From NCBI GenBank assembly GCA_963737655.1, contig CAVTTN010000002.1, forward strand, positions 7,232,001 through 7,296,000: a stretch of DNA of 64,000 nt, read 5' to 3'. The stretch is from an uncultured Planctomycetota bacterium (GTDB lineage: Bacteria > Planctomycetota > Planctomycetia > Isosphaerales > Isosphaeraceae). This document shows, piece by piece, positions 39,998 through 49,630 of this stretch. The translations under genes and the position numbers were made by a program. The notes under the pieces were generated by a model. That model saw nothing but the letters and a program-made list of their open reading frames with translations. It searched no databases and was not told where the DNA came from. The first letter of the stretch is position 1. Each line of letters starts with the position of its first letter.

Positions 39998-42307
39998 TCA
40001 GCGGGTCTGTTGCGCGGCGATCAACGAGTCAAACGAAGCTTTGCGGTTCGATCGGGGAGGGCGGGCTCGGGCCCAGAGCGTCTCCAGGTCGGTGGCCGTC
40101 CGGATGGCCTCGGCGACCTCGGCGGGGCGCCCGGTGGCCGGGAAGGCATCCACGAGGGCCAGGGCCGATCGCGTGCTGTCGTCGAGCAGCGGCTCCTTAT
40201 CGGGATATTTCTGGGCGGCTCGCCGCGCGACCCCGGCCCATCGCAGGGCGTACTCTTGAGCGTCCCGCTCCTGGCCGAGCTTTCGGGAGACTTCCGCACG
40301 TTTTTCGAACGGGCCGCTCAGCGCCGCCCGCTCGTTGTCTCCGTCGAGAGCGTCCTCGCCAAGCGATCGGGCCACCTCCTCGTAATCCTGGAGTACCTCG
40401 AGAGTGTCCTCCAGACGGCCGAGTTGTTCGAGGTTCTTGACCCGATACCAGAAGGCGTCCAGTTGATGGAAGACGATGCCCCGGTCGTCCTTCCTCTGGG
40501 ACCGCAAGCGAGCGAGGATCGGGACGAGCTCGGCGTGGACCTGCTCGGCTTCACGGAAAGCCCCTCGGAGGGGAAGCAGGAGTGTGAGATATCGCTTCGC
40601 GAGTAGAAGCTTGTACCCCCGGACGAACGAGAGGTCCGACTGGCCGTGGAGCGAGGCCATCATCTCTCGGGCGAGCGCCTCGGCGGGCTCGTCCAACTTC
40701 TTGTTGTGCAGGAGCCAGAACAGCGCCTCTTCCACTTCGAGGAGCTTGCCCTCGCGTTCGTCCGAATCGGGGTCGAGCCTCACGCCATGACGGTGGATCG
40801 AGCGGGCGGTCTCCAGCGCCAGCCTCGCGTCGGAGAAGGATTTGTGCAAGTGCAATTGCTTGGCAAGGGTGAACAGCTTGTCGGCCGCGCCGACGGTGGA
40901 TCGGGCGAAGGTTCGGGCCATCCACGGGTTGGGCCCGGGCTTTGCCCCGCGGAATCGGTCCGTCACGAGGACGAGGAACGCCCGATCTTCCGGGACCAGG
41001 GGATGCTCGAAGTCGGGCTGAAACGTGTTGACCCGCTCGGTCAGGGTCCCCAACTCCCGGTAGACGTCATCCGCCGATCGGGCGGGCGCCGCCGGAGAAT
41101 CCTGGGACTGCCAAGCGCTGAGGATCGCGGCGGACAGACCGCTGCCCAGGAGGACCAGGGCCACGCCCGCCCGGGCTGGTCCGCGTCGCAGCCATCGCCC
41201 CAGGCGGGCTGCCGGGCCGGGCAGGCGGGTTCGCAGAGGGGTGCCGTCGAGGAAGCATTCCAGGTCGGCGGACAGGTCGGCCGCCGATGCGTACCGCTCG
41301 GCGGGCTTGACTCGCAGGCATCGTGAGACGATCGCTTCCAGCCCGGGGGGAACGTCGGGGCGGAGCGTCTTCAGGGGGTGGGCGTCGCCTCTCGCGGCCC
41401 TCCCCAGCGTCTCCCACACCGATTCGCCGCGGTAGGGAGGCCGGCCGGTTAGCAACGCGAACAGGATTGCCCCCAGCCCGTGGATGTCGGCGGAGGGACC
41501 GACCGGGCCGAGCCCGGCGACCAGCCCCGTCTGCTCCGGGGCCATGGAGCTCGGCGTCCCGAGGATCAGTCCATTGCCCGTGAGCCTCGAGCCGTCGGCA
41601 TCCAGCGCCAGGCCGAAATCGACGAGCTTCGGCACCCGAGGAGGGCCGGGTTCGATCAGGACGTTCGACGGCTTCAAGTCGCGGTGGACGATCCCCAGCG
41701 CGTGGGCTTGAGACACGGCCCCAGCCAGGTCGGCCACGATCCTCGCGGCCTCCCGGAACTCCAGAGGCCCCCGATCGACCCATTGCTGGAGGGTGCCGCC
41801 CTCGACCCATTCCATCACGAGGTACGGGATGCCCTCGAACCGGCCAGTCCAGTGGACCGCCACGGCGTTGGCGTGCTTTAACGCGGCCATCGCGCGGGCC
41901 TCTCGGGCCACACGCTCCCGCGTCGAGGGCCCGAACCGCGAGAGCACCTTCACCGCCACGGCTCGGTTCAGGCCGTCTTGCAAGGCCCGGTACACGATCC
42001 CCATCCCGCCCCGGCCCACTTCCTCGAAAGCCGACAGCCCCGGGATCTCGGGCGGGGTCTCGACCTCGTCGTGCTCGAACTCCCGTCCGGCGATCGGATC
42101 GAGGATCGGCGAGAGGTCGGGCCTCGCCTCGCGCTTCGGTCCCAGGTCCAGCGGTCCGGCCAGGGAATCGAGGGTCTGGCGGCAGGACTCGCAGGTGTCC
42201 AGATGGCCTTCGAACACCTGGCGATCGGCCTCCGTCACCTCGTCCCCGAGCAGACGGAGCCAGGATTCGGGGGGCGGGCACTCGTCGGCCGACGAAGAGA
42301 GCCTCAT
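39998..42307 (-). CDS. Hanks-type Ser/Thr protein kinase with N-terminal zf-HC2 and one TM
   Basis: HLDTCESC; GRGGMG, VAVK, HRDLKPSN, DFG, GTPSSMAPE. Confidence 0.95.
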   Translation of the reverse strand: MRLSSSADECPPPESWLRLLGDEVTEADRQVFEGHLDTCESCRQTLDSLAGPLDLGPKREARPDLSPILDPIAGREFEHDEVETPPEIPGLSAFEEVGRGGMGIVYRALQDGLNRAVAVKVLSRFGPSTRERVAREARAMAALKHANAVAVHWTGRFEGIPYLVMEWVEGGTLQQWVDRGPLEFREAARIVADLAGAVSQAHALGIVHRDLKPSNVLIEPGPPRVPKLVDFGLALDADGSRLTGNGLILGTPSSMAPEQTGLVAGLGPVGPSADIHGLGAILFALLTGRPPYRGESVWETLGRAARGDAHPLKTLRPDVPPGLEAIVSRCLRVKPAERYASAADLSADLECFLDGTPLRTRLPGPAARLGRWLRRGPARAGVALVLLGSGLSAAILSAWQSQDSPAAPARSADDVYRELGTLTERVNTFQPDFEHPLVPEDRAFLVLVTDRFRGAKPGPNPWMARTFARSTVGAADKLFTLAKQLHLHKSFSDARLALETARSIHRHGVRLDPDSDEREGKLLEVEEALFWLLHNKKLDEPAEALAREMMASLHGQSDLSFVRGYKLLLAKRYLTLLLPLRGAFREAEQVHAELVPILARLRSQRKDDRGIVFHQLDAFWYRVKNLEQLGRLEDTLEVLQDYEEVARSLGEDALDGDNERAALSGPFEKRAEVSRKLGQERDAQEYALRWAGVARRAAQKYPDKEPLLDDSTRSALALVDAFPATGRPAEVAEAIRTATDLETLWARARPPRSNRKASFDSLIAAQQTR

Positions 42308-42902
42308 GCGGATCGATCGAGGGCCTCGATCTCCTCCCGGACCAGGCGCTGGACCTTGCTCTTGGCCGCGAACGTCGAACCCGGCGTCATCCCCAGCGTC
42401 TCGGCCGCGTCCTTGCCCGAGAGCCTCTCAATCGCGAGCAAGCGGAAGGCTTCCCAGGTCCGCGGCTCCACCCGTTCCCGGACCCGGAGCATCGCCACTT
42501 CGAGCAATTCGCGGTCGAATTCCGCCTCGATCCGGGCGGCTAACTCGTCGCGGTCGGGCAGTTCATGGAGGAGTCGGATGACCTCGCTATCGCCGCTTCC
42601 GTCCTGCCCCGTCCGCCTCTGCTCGACCCAGTCCGACAGCGCCGAGTGGACCACCGCCCTCAGCCAGCCTCGGAATCGTTTCGCGGGATCCTTGCGGAAC
42701 CGGCCCATGCTCTGAGCGAGCTGGACCAGGACTTCCTGAGTGACGTCGCGGGCATCGGCATCCTGGAGCCCGTGCTTGCGGCACCAGTCCACCAGATGAG
42801 GCCCGTACAGGTGGACGAACCGCGCCCAGGCGTCCGGATCCTCGGCGCCGCGCGGAGCCGACTCAACAATGCCAGGCTGGTGTCAGGACCGTGCAAGTAC
42901 AT
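42304..42902 (-). CDS. ECF sigma-70 factor coupled to the kinase (frameshift near 42845)
   Basis: TSLALLSRL/EDPDAWARFVHLY...DARDVTQEV...FRGWL; stop overlaps the kinase start. Confidence 0.88.
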
Positions 42903-43265
42903 GAGGGTCGAGGCGAGGAGGACATTTCGTACACGACCTGGCGACGCTGGATCATGATAAAGGGGTTCCTTCTCCCCGGCACAGAGAATTCGAAAAAAAA
43001 CGTCTCGCGGTGCTGCTAACTTTCGACACGCCGACCCCTATAGAGGGGAGAGGCCCTGGACCGACGGCCCAGTGTTTCGGCCGACGGTCCAGGGGACGAA
43101 CCGGGTCCGCCCGGCAAGGCACGGTGACGTGTCGAGAATCGGCAACATCCCCGGCGAGCGACGTTCCGGCTCGACCTGGCCTTCCCCTTCTCCGCCCCGT
43201 TTCGCTCCCCACCGTGAACTCCGCCTTCGTCGATGAAGCCACACCTACCGATGCAGGAGATTTCG

Positions 43266-43892
43266 ATGCCTGGACGAATCTTTCGAGGGCTGGCGATCGC
43301 GCTCGGCCTGGTGTTCACGGCCGCGTCGGCCCGGGCCGACCTGGCGACATTTGAACTGACCTACGTCGGGGTCTTCGGCAGCACCGCGACGGGCTCGGCG
43401 ACGATCACGCTCGACCCGAGCCAGCTCAACAACCCCGGCTTCACCACCCAGGACACCAATCCCTTCGTGACGGATTTCTCGATCACCATCGCGGGGGCGA
43501 GCTCGGGCAATGGCACGTTCGGGTTCGCGGACTTCAACGGCGCCTTCTTTGGCGGCTTCGAGTTCGACACGAACGGAGGGACACTCGACTTCACCCAGGA
43601 ATTGATCGGTCAGCCGACATCGGGCAATCCCTTCGGCTCCTCGTTCTTCTCCGGCAGCAACGGAGGCGACTTCACCATCTTCTCCACCGGCTACGATCCT
43701 GCGGCCCCAAACGACATCGACAACTTCATCATCGGAACCAACGGCGGATCTGGCGATCTACTGCTCCTGACGAGCTTCGCGCCAGTGTCCTCCGTGCCCG
43801 AGCCGGCCAGCCTCACGCTCGTGGGTCTAGGCTTGACCGGCCTCATCTCCCGGATGGTTCGCGAACGGCGACGTCGCCCCGCCCGTGCCTGA
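43266..43892 (+). CDS. PEP-CTERM sorting domain protein
   Basis: Signal peptide ARA-D; C-terminal VPEPASLTLVGLGL followed by an Arg cluster. Confidence 0.92.
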   Translation: MPGRIFRGLAIALGLVFTAASARADLATFELTYVGVFGSTATGSATITLDPSQLNNPGFTTQDTNPFVTDFSITIAGASSGNGTFGFADFNGAFFGGFEFDTNGGTLDFTQELIGQPTSGNPFGSSFFSGSNGGDFTIFSTGYDPAAPNDIDNFIIGTNGGSGDLLLLTSFAPVSSVPEPASLTLVGLGLTGLISRMVRERRRRPARA

Positions 43893-43899
43893 TTCTCCC

Positions 43900-43937
43900 C
43901 CGATGCCGACCCGACGACGGAGTCGGGCGGCATCGTC
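43900..43937. repeat. 38-bp hairpin repeat, copy 1
   Basis: CCGATGCCGACCCGACGACGGAGTCGGGCGGCATCGTC, identical to 44679-44716. Confidence 0.9.
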
Positions 43938-44013
43938 TGGCCGTTTCCGAGACGACTTCGTTTCGGAACCACTCCCCGAGTTCCCTTCCCGACTGAGACC
44001 CGAGCAACCCTCC

Positions 44014-44670
44014 ATGCGACCCACCACCAAGCGCCTTCGGAAGAGCGTCGTCCTCGCTTCATTCCTCCTCGCCGGAGTGAGCCAGGCCCGCGCTGACACG
44101 ATCACCTACGACACGACCCCGTTCGCCGGGCAGACCACCGACCTCACGAGCGTCGGCAACGTCTATTCCTTCCCGTTCACGGACAGCTACGGCAATGTCC
44201 TCCATGACAGCGCCAACGCCGAGAATGCTTACACGGACTCCATCATCGAAGGCCTCGGTTGGATCTTCGGGGCCCCCTTCGTCGATGAACTCCACTCCAC
44301 GCTGACCTTCACTCTGGCCTCGGCCACGACCAAGATCGGCTTCGCGTTCGACACGGGCGAGGGCTCGGACGCGGACTATCTGACCACGGCGACGTTCAGC
44401 GACGGGGTCTTCACCGACACCTTCACCGGCGGCCCGAGCGATCAGCCGAATTCCGTCCCGTTCATGAGCTTTACCGACGATCGCCCCTTCACCGCGGTGA
44501 CGCTGAGTTTCAACTACGAGGATTCCAAGACTCCCGAAGTGATGACCAGCTTCACCACGGCCGCTACACGGTCCGTCCCCGAGCCCGCCAGCGTGGGCCT
44601 GGTTGGCCTCGGTCTGGCCGGGATCGCCGCCAGGGCGGTCCGCAAGCGGAAGGGCCACGAGAACGTCTGA
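44014..44670 (+). CDS. PEP-CTERM sorting domain protein
   Basis: Signal peptide ARA-D; VPEPASVGLVGLGL followed by RKRK. Confidence 0.92.
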   Translation: MRPTTKRLRKSVVLASFLLAGVSQARADTITYDTTPFAGQTTDLTSVGNVYSFPFTDSYGNVLHDSANAENAYTDSIIEGLGWIFGAPFVDELHSTLTFTLASATTKIGFAFDTGEGSDADYLTTATFSDGVFTDTFTGGPSDQPNSVPFMSFTDDRPFTAVTLSFNYEDSKTPEVMTSFTTAATRSVPEPASVGLVGLGLAGIAARAVRKRKGHENV

Positions 44671-44678
44671 GACCCCGG

Positions 44679-44716
44679 CCGATGCCGACCCGACGACGGA
44701 GTCGGGCGGCATCGTC
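44679..44716. repeat. 38-bp hairpin repeat, copy 2
   Basis: Identical to 43900-43937; 8 nt after the stop codon. Confidence 0.9.
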
Positions 44717-44734
44717 GGGCCGCCTCGCAGGCCA

Positions 44735-46384
44735 TCACGGCGCCTTTGGCGGCAACGTCTCCGGGACCGGCAGGACCGGCTCGGGTTCCATCACGAAGAA
44801 CCGCGCCAGGGCGGCCCGGGCGCGGATCGGGTCGGTTTCGGTGCCGATCTCGGGCACGTCGAGCAGCTCGGCGGCGTCGTAGACCTCGGGCAATTCCGGG
44901 GCATCCACCCGGCCGAACGCCTCGTGGATCAGCTTCCGGCCGATCCCGAGCTTCCTCGCCACGCCCTCGGCCAGGTCGAGCCGGACGAGGTGCCGCCTCT
45001 GCCATCGCGCGATCTCGTCGGCCAGGGCGACGTGGCGGAGCCTCTGGAGCCAGGGGACGAGATAGACCTTCTCCTCCTCGGCGCTCATCTTCGGGACGCC
45101 GTAGGCAAACAGCGAATCGACCCTGGGCTGATGGACGATCAGCAGGCCAATTTCGATCGCCAGCCAGGTCAGGGCCCCGAGCCGGGTCAACGGCCGAGAC
45201 TGCCTCTGCGGGTTCCACGCCCGGCCCCACCACCCGGCGAGGAACAGGACCATCCCGAGGTCCGGGATCGTGTCATACCACGGGACCACCACGCCGCGAA
45301 GGCTCGAAAACGGCAAGTAGCCCCGGAAGCTCCACTCGACATAATACGAAGCGAGCAAGATCGTCCCGCCGGCCGCCTCCAGGGGAGACGGCCGCCAGGT
45401 CGGACGCAACGACCAGACCCAGAGGCCGAGGATCGCCGCCGAGAGCACCATGCCCTGGATCGGCGTGGTCTCGGGCGTGAGCCCGAGGTTGCCGCAAACG
45501 AGCGTCTCGGGGATGGCCTGGAACGTGTGAGTGGCCCCGGTCACGAAATTGACCGCGTCCTTCGCCGTCCGGCCGTGGAAACTGATCTTCGCGTTCATCC
45601 GGGGCCCGCCCACGACGGCCGCCACGAGGACCGCGAAGGCCGTGGTCCCCAGGGGGACCAGGCTGGCGATCCTCGCCTTCTTCCGCCCATCGGCGAGCAA
45701 GTACGCCGCTCCCGCCGGGCCGGCGACGTGGCCGATCGTCCACATCCCGCCCGCCACCCAGGCCGAAATCGCCGCCAGGACGAGGTCGCGGGCCCGACCC
45801 GTCCGCCTCCAGCCCTGCAAGTACCAGAGGGTCGCCAGGATGCCGAACCCGGCCCACAACGTTTGACCGGCCGAATACCACGTCGCCGCCCTCATCAGCA
45901 CCGAGGTCGTCCCCACGGCCGAGGCCGAGACCAGCCCGGCCAGCGTCGATCGCGTCTCCCTCGTCACGATCCGGGCGGTCAGGAGGATGGCCGCGACCAG
46001 GATCGCATAGGAGCACCCCGCCAGGACCGTCTGCAAGTTCCCCAGCCTCCCGGCCGTCGCCATCACGACCCAGGTCAGCATCCGCCAGGCCGGGACCACG
46101 TGCGTATTGTGGGGGATGAAGAGGTTCGAGACGGCCTTGGAGAAGCTCCTCGAGGCGCCGAGATACGCGAAATCGTCGCTGTGGAGCCGGTAGGTGCTCA
46201 GGGGATCGGCGAAAAGGTAGGCCGGGGCGAACACGGCGACCGCCGCCAAAGCCACGACGATCGGGCGGCCCGCCGGGCGATCGAGGACGCGAGGGCTGGG
46301 TTCGGTCGTCGCCACGAGCGGGCTCGCCTCCGGGACGGGTCGCGGGTCTCTCGTCATGATCGCGGGGGCTCCGCCTCGATTCAA
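44735..46384 (-). CDS. Polytopic membrane protein, putative GT-C glycosyltransferase (paralog B)
   Basis: Many TM helices; SDDFAY in the first loop, HNTHVVP, WYSAGQTLWA. Confidence 0.7.
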   Translation of the reverse strand: MNRGGAPAIMTRDPRPVPEASPLVATTEPSPRVLDRPAGRPIVVALAAVAVFAPAYLFADPLSTYRLHSDDFAYLGASRSFSKAVSNLFIPHNTHVVPAWRMLTWVVMATAGRLGNLQTVLAGCSYAILVAAILLTARIVTRETRSTLAGLVSASAVGTTSVLMRAATWYSAGQTLWAGFGILATLWYLQGWRRTGRARDLVLAAISAWVAGGMWTIGHVAGPAGAAYLLADGRKKARIASLVPLGTTAFAVLVAAVVGGPRMNAKISFHGRTAKDAVNFVTGATHTFQAIPETLVCGNLGLTPETTPIQGMVLSAAILGLWVWSLRPTWRPSPLEAAGGTILLASYYVEWSFRGYLPFSSLRGVVVPWYDTIPDLGMVLFLAGWWGRAWNPQRQSRPLTRLGALTWLAIEIGLLIVHQPRVDSLFAYGVPKMSAEEEKVYLVPWLQRLRHVALADEIARWQRRHLVRLDLAEGVARKLGIGRKLIHEAFGRVDAPELPEVYDAAELLDVPEIGTETDPIRARAALARFFVMEPEPVLPVPETLPPKAP

Positions 46385-47880
46385 GGTCGGAGCGAGGCGG
46401 GAAGCACGTCACTCAGGGCGTCGCGGACCCGTTCCGGGGGTCCGCCGCCGTCGCCTTCTCCCTCGGGGATGCGGAGCAGGTCCAGGGCGTCAAGCTCGGC
46501 GACCTCCCGGGGCCAACCCGGCACGACGACCCTCCCGAACGCGGCCCGGATCGCCTTTCGGCCGATCCCCTGCCGACGGGCCACCGCCTCCACCCGATCG
46601 AGCCCGGCCAGGGCCTCCTTCTGACGGGCCGAATCGGCCGAGACCCGGCCAATCGCGGCGATCCGGGCCTCCTCGGTCACCGGAGGGCCCGACCCTCGAT
46701 CCGCCACGCGGAGCCTGGCGGCCCTGGGAACCTGGACGGCGAGCAGGCAAGCCACGAAAGCCACGACGGCCAGCGAATCTCGGGCCGAAATCCCCGGAAC
46801 GATCGACCGGGGCAGCCTGCGAAGGCCGTCCCACCAACCGATCGCGAACAGGACCGCGCCGACATGGGGCAACGTATTGTACCACTGGAGGTCGCGGAGG
46901 CTTTCGAACCCGAGTTCGCCCCGGAAGGTGAAGGCCATCCCATAGGCAAGGACCACGATCGTCGCCCCCGAGGCTTCCAAAGAGTTCGGGACCGCCTTGC
47001 GCGAGAAAAGCCAGGCAAAGCCAAGAACCGAGCTCAGGACCAGCCCCTGACCGACCGTGGTGGCGGCGTCCAGGCCGAGGTTGTTCAGGATCAGGCATTC
47101 GGGGATGGCCCGGGAGGTGTGGGAAAGCCCTCGGATTGGCAAGACGTAAAGGCGTGTTTTCCGCGTTCCAGACGTTTCATTCGCGGTGCTTCGGCGGAAA
47201 TGGGGCGTAAGCCATACGCATACGCTCAAAATCAGCGTAAGGAAGAGGGCGGACGCCATGATTGTGGGCCGAGAACGCCCCTCGCGCCGGGACGCCCCGA
47301 GGAACGCCCAGGCCGCCGGGACGGCCACGAACCCGCCCGCCCAGAGGCTCGGCGCGGCCAGGGCGGCCAGGCAGGCGGCGACCATTCGGAGCCGGCCGCC
47401 CCGGTCCCGCCAGGACCGGACGGCCAGGAGGGTCCCAAGGATGGCCAGGGCTGCCCAGAGCGTCTGACCGGCCGAAAACCACGTGCTCGAAAGCTCCAGG
47501 GCCGTCGATCCGCCCAGCCAGGCCATCGCGATCAGGCCGGCGGCCGGGCTTCCGGTCTCTCCTCGGACGAGCCGACCGGCGGCGATCATGACCAGGCCGA
47601 GCATCCCCATCGTCGCCAGGACCAGCGCCCCCGGCAGGTTTTCCAGGGACCCGGCGAGCCCGGCCACGGCGAACGTGCCGAGGCGGAACAGGGGGACGAC
47701 GTGGGCGTTATGGGGCCGAAACAGGTTCCTCTTCAGGGCGCCGGGCGACCTCGATTCGGCGACGTAGGCGAAATCGTCGAGGATCAGGGCCGGGGCCCTC
47801 AGGCGATCGGCCATCAGCCAGGCCGGGGCGGCGAGGATCGCGATCGTCAAGCAGACCTCGCGGGACCGGCCGGCGGTCAT
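46381..47880 (-). CDS. Polytopic membrane protein, putative GT-C glycosyltransferase (paralog A)
   Basis: LDDFAY, HNAHVVP, WFSAGQTLWA shared with the neighbour; start overlaps the recN stop. Confidence 0.7.
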   Translation of the reverse strand: MTAGRSREVCLTIAILAAPAWLMADRLRAPALILDDFAYVAESRSPGALKRNLFRPHNAHVVPLFRLGTFAVAGLAGSLENLPGALVLATMGMLGLVMIAAGRLVRGETGSPAAGLIAMAWLGGSTALELSSTWFSAGQTLWAALAILGTLLAVRSWRDRGGRLRMVAACLAALAAPSLWAGGFVAVPAAWAFLGASRREGRSRPTIMASALFLTLILSVCVWLTPHFRRSTANETSGTRKTRLYVLPIRGLSHTSRAIPECLILNNLGLDAATTVGQGLVLSSVLGFAWLFSRKAVPNSLEASGATIVVLAYGMAFTFRGELGFESLRDLQWYNTLPHVGAVLFAIGWWDGLRRLPRSIVPGISARDSLAVVAFVACLLAVQVPRAARLRVADRGSGPPVTEEARIAAIGRVSADSARQKEALAGLDRVEAVARRQGIGRKAIRAAFGRVVVPGWPREVAELDALDLLRIPEGEGDGGGPPERVRDALSDVLPASLRP

Positions 47881-49574
47881 GACGCGGCCTGGGCCTCGGC
47901 GAGCATCGCCAGGACTTCGGTCCGGGTCGTCTCGGCCGCCGAATCCCCCCGGAGCATCGCGGCGAGCTCCCCCACCCGGTCGTCGTCGGTCAGCCGGGCG
48001 ATCGTGGTCCTCGTCTTGCCCCGGGTCACCTGCTTGCGGATCACCCATTGGTGGCGGGCGAAGCTGGCCATCTGCGGAAGATGCGTGATGCACAGGACCT
48101 GGCGATGCCGCGAGAGATCGGCCAGGGTCCGGCCCAGCATGGCCCCGAGACGGCCGCCCACGCCGGTGTCGATCTCGTCGAAAACCAGCGTGGGGATGCG
48201 ATCCACCTCGGCCAGGACCGTCTTGGCCGCGAGGGTGACCCTCGACAGCTCGCCGCCCGAGGCGATCTTGCGAAGCGGTCGCGGGGGCTCGCCGGGGTTC
48301 GGCGAGAAGACGAATTCCACCCGGTCGGCGCCGGCCTGGCCCGGGGTCGGGGAGAGGGGGTCGTCGGGCAGGTCGATCGGCTCGACCTCGACGGCGATCC
48401 TCGCCTCGGCCAGGCAGAGGCCCTTCAGCTGGGCCTGGACGGCCCTGGCGAATTCCTTGCCGGCCTTGCGGCGGGCGGTGGTCAGCGCCTTCGCCGCGTC
48501 CCGGAGCTCGGCCCAGGCCGAGGCGATCGGGCCATCGAGCCCGGCGAGGTCCGCCTCGTCGCGGTCGAGCGCCTCGAGCTGGCGGCTCACGGCCTCTCGG
48601 CGGACGGCCAGCTCGTCGGGCGAGCAGCGGAACCGGGCGGCCAGGCGACGGTAGAGGGCCAGCCTCGCCTCGACTTCTTCGAGCCGATCGGGGTCGTCCT
48701 GCCAGTCGTCGCCGAGGTTCCGGAGCGAATAGGCGACCTCGCGGACCTCGTCGGACAGGCGTTCCAGGTCGGCGGCGGCGTCGGCCATCTCGGGGACGGT
48801 GGCCGCCAGGGTCCCGAGCTGGCGGGCGACCCGGCCGAGCAGCTCGTGGGCCGAGCGGTCGGCCTCGTAGAGCAGGCGATACCCCTCGGTCGAGGCCGAA
48901 CGGATTTGCTCGACGTTCGCCAGGAGGTGGGCTTCCTGGGTCAGCTCGTCATGTTCCCCGAGGCGGGGCTCGGCCGAGGCGAGCTCCTCATGCTCGAACA
49001 GGAGGAGGTCTCGCTCGCGGCCCCGGCGGTCGGCGGCTTCCTGGAGGGCGAGCCGGCGGCGGCGGAGGGCGTCGTGGGCGTCCCGTTTCGTCCGGTACGC
49101 GGCGACCAGCCGCTCGAGGCCGCCGTGGGCGTCGAGCAGGTCGCGCTGATGGTCGGGGTCGAGCAGGGCGCGGCCCTCGTCCTGGCCGTGGATGTCGATC
49201 AGCTTCGCGCCCAGGACGCGGAGCGTGGCGGCGGTCACCGGCAGGTCGTTCACCGTGGCCGAGCTCTTGCCCGAGGCGGCGATCCGGCGAGTGAGGATCA
49301 GTTCCTCACCGTCCAGGGAGCCGCCGAGGATGGCCTCCACGTCCTCGCGGAGCCGCGCATCGAGGATCTCGAAGACGGCGGCGGCGCGGGCCTCGGCCTT
49401 GCCGCTGCGAACGAGGTCCGCAGCGGCCTTGCCGCCCAGGACCAGGCCCAAAGCCGTCAGCAAGAGGCTCTTGCCCGCCCCGGTCTCGCCGGTCCAGACG
49501 CAATAGCCCGGCTGAAGCTCGACCCGAGCATCCTCGATGAGCGCCAGGTTCTGCACCGACAGCTCGCGGAGCAC
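47877..49574 (-). CDS. recN: DNA repair protein RecN
   Basis: TGETGAGKS, IDIHGQ, IASGGELSR, FDEIDTGVGG, ITHLPQ. Confidence 0.97.
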   Translation of the reverse strand: MLRELSVQNLALIEDARVELQPGYCVWTGETGAGKSLLLTALGLVLGGKAAADLVRSGKAEARAAAVFEILDARLREDVEAILGGSLDGEELILTRRIAASGKSSATVNDLPVTAATLRVLGAKLIDIHGQDEGRALLDPDHQRDLLDAHGGLERLVAAYRTKRDAHDALRRRRLALQEAADRRGRERDLLLFEHEELASAEPRLGEHDELTQEAHLLANVEQIRSASTEGYRLLYEADRSAHELLGRVARQLGTLAATVPEMADAAADLERLSDEVREVAYSLRNLGDDWQDDPDRLEEVEARLALYRRLAARFRCSPDELAVRREAVSRQLEALDRDEADLAGLDGPIASAWAELRDAAKALTTARRKAGKEFARAVQAQLKGLCLAEARIAVEVEPIDLPDDPLSPTPGQAGADRVEFVFSPNPGEPPRPLRKIASGGELSRVTLAAKTVLAEVDRIPTLVFDEIDTGVGGRLGAMLGRTLADLSRHRQVLCITHLPQMASFARHQWVIRKQVTRGKTRTTIARLTDDDRVGELAAMLRGDSAAETTRTEVLAMLAEAQAAS

Positions 49575-49630
49575 GAGGTTCCCCCTCCGTACCGGACCTT
49601 CTTTCACCCGATCGTTCGCGCCACGTCACG

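Noticed and set aside
43900..44716. CRISPR array or integron attC sites
   Set aside because: Only two repeats, separated by a whole gene; no RYYYAAC/GTTRRRY boxes and no cas or intI gene.
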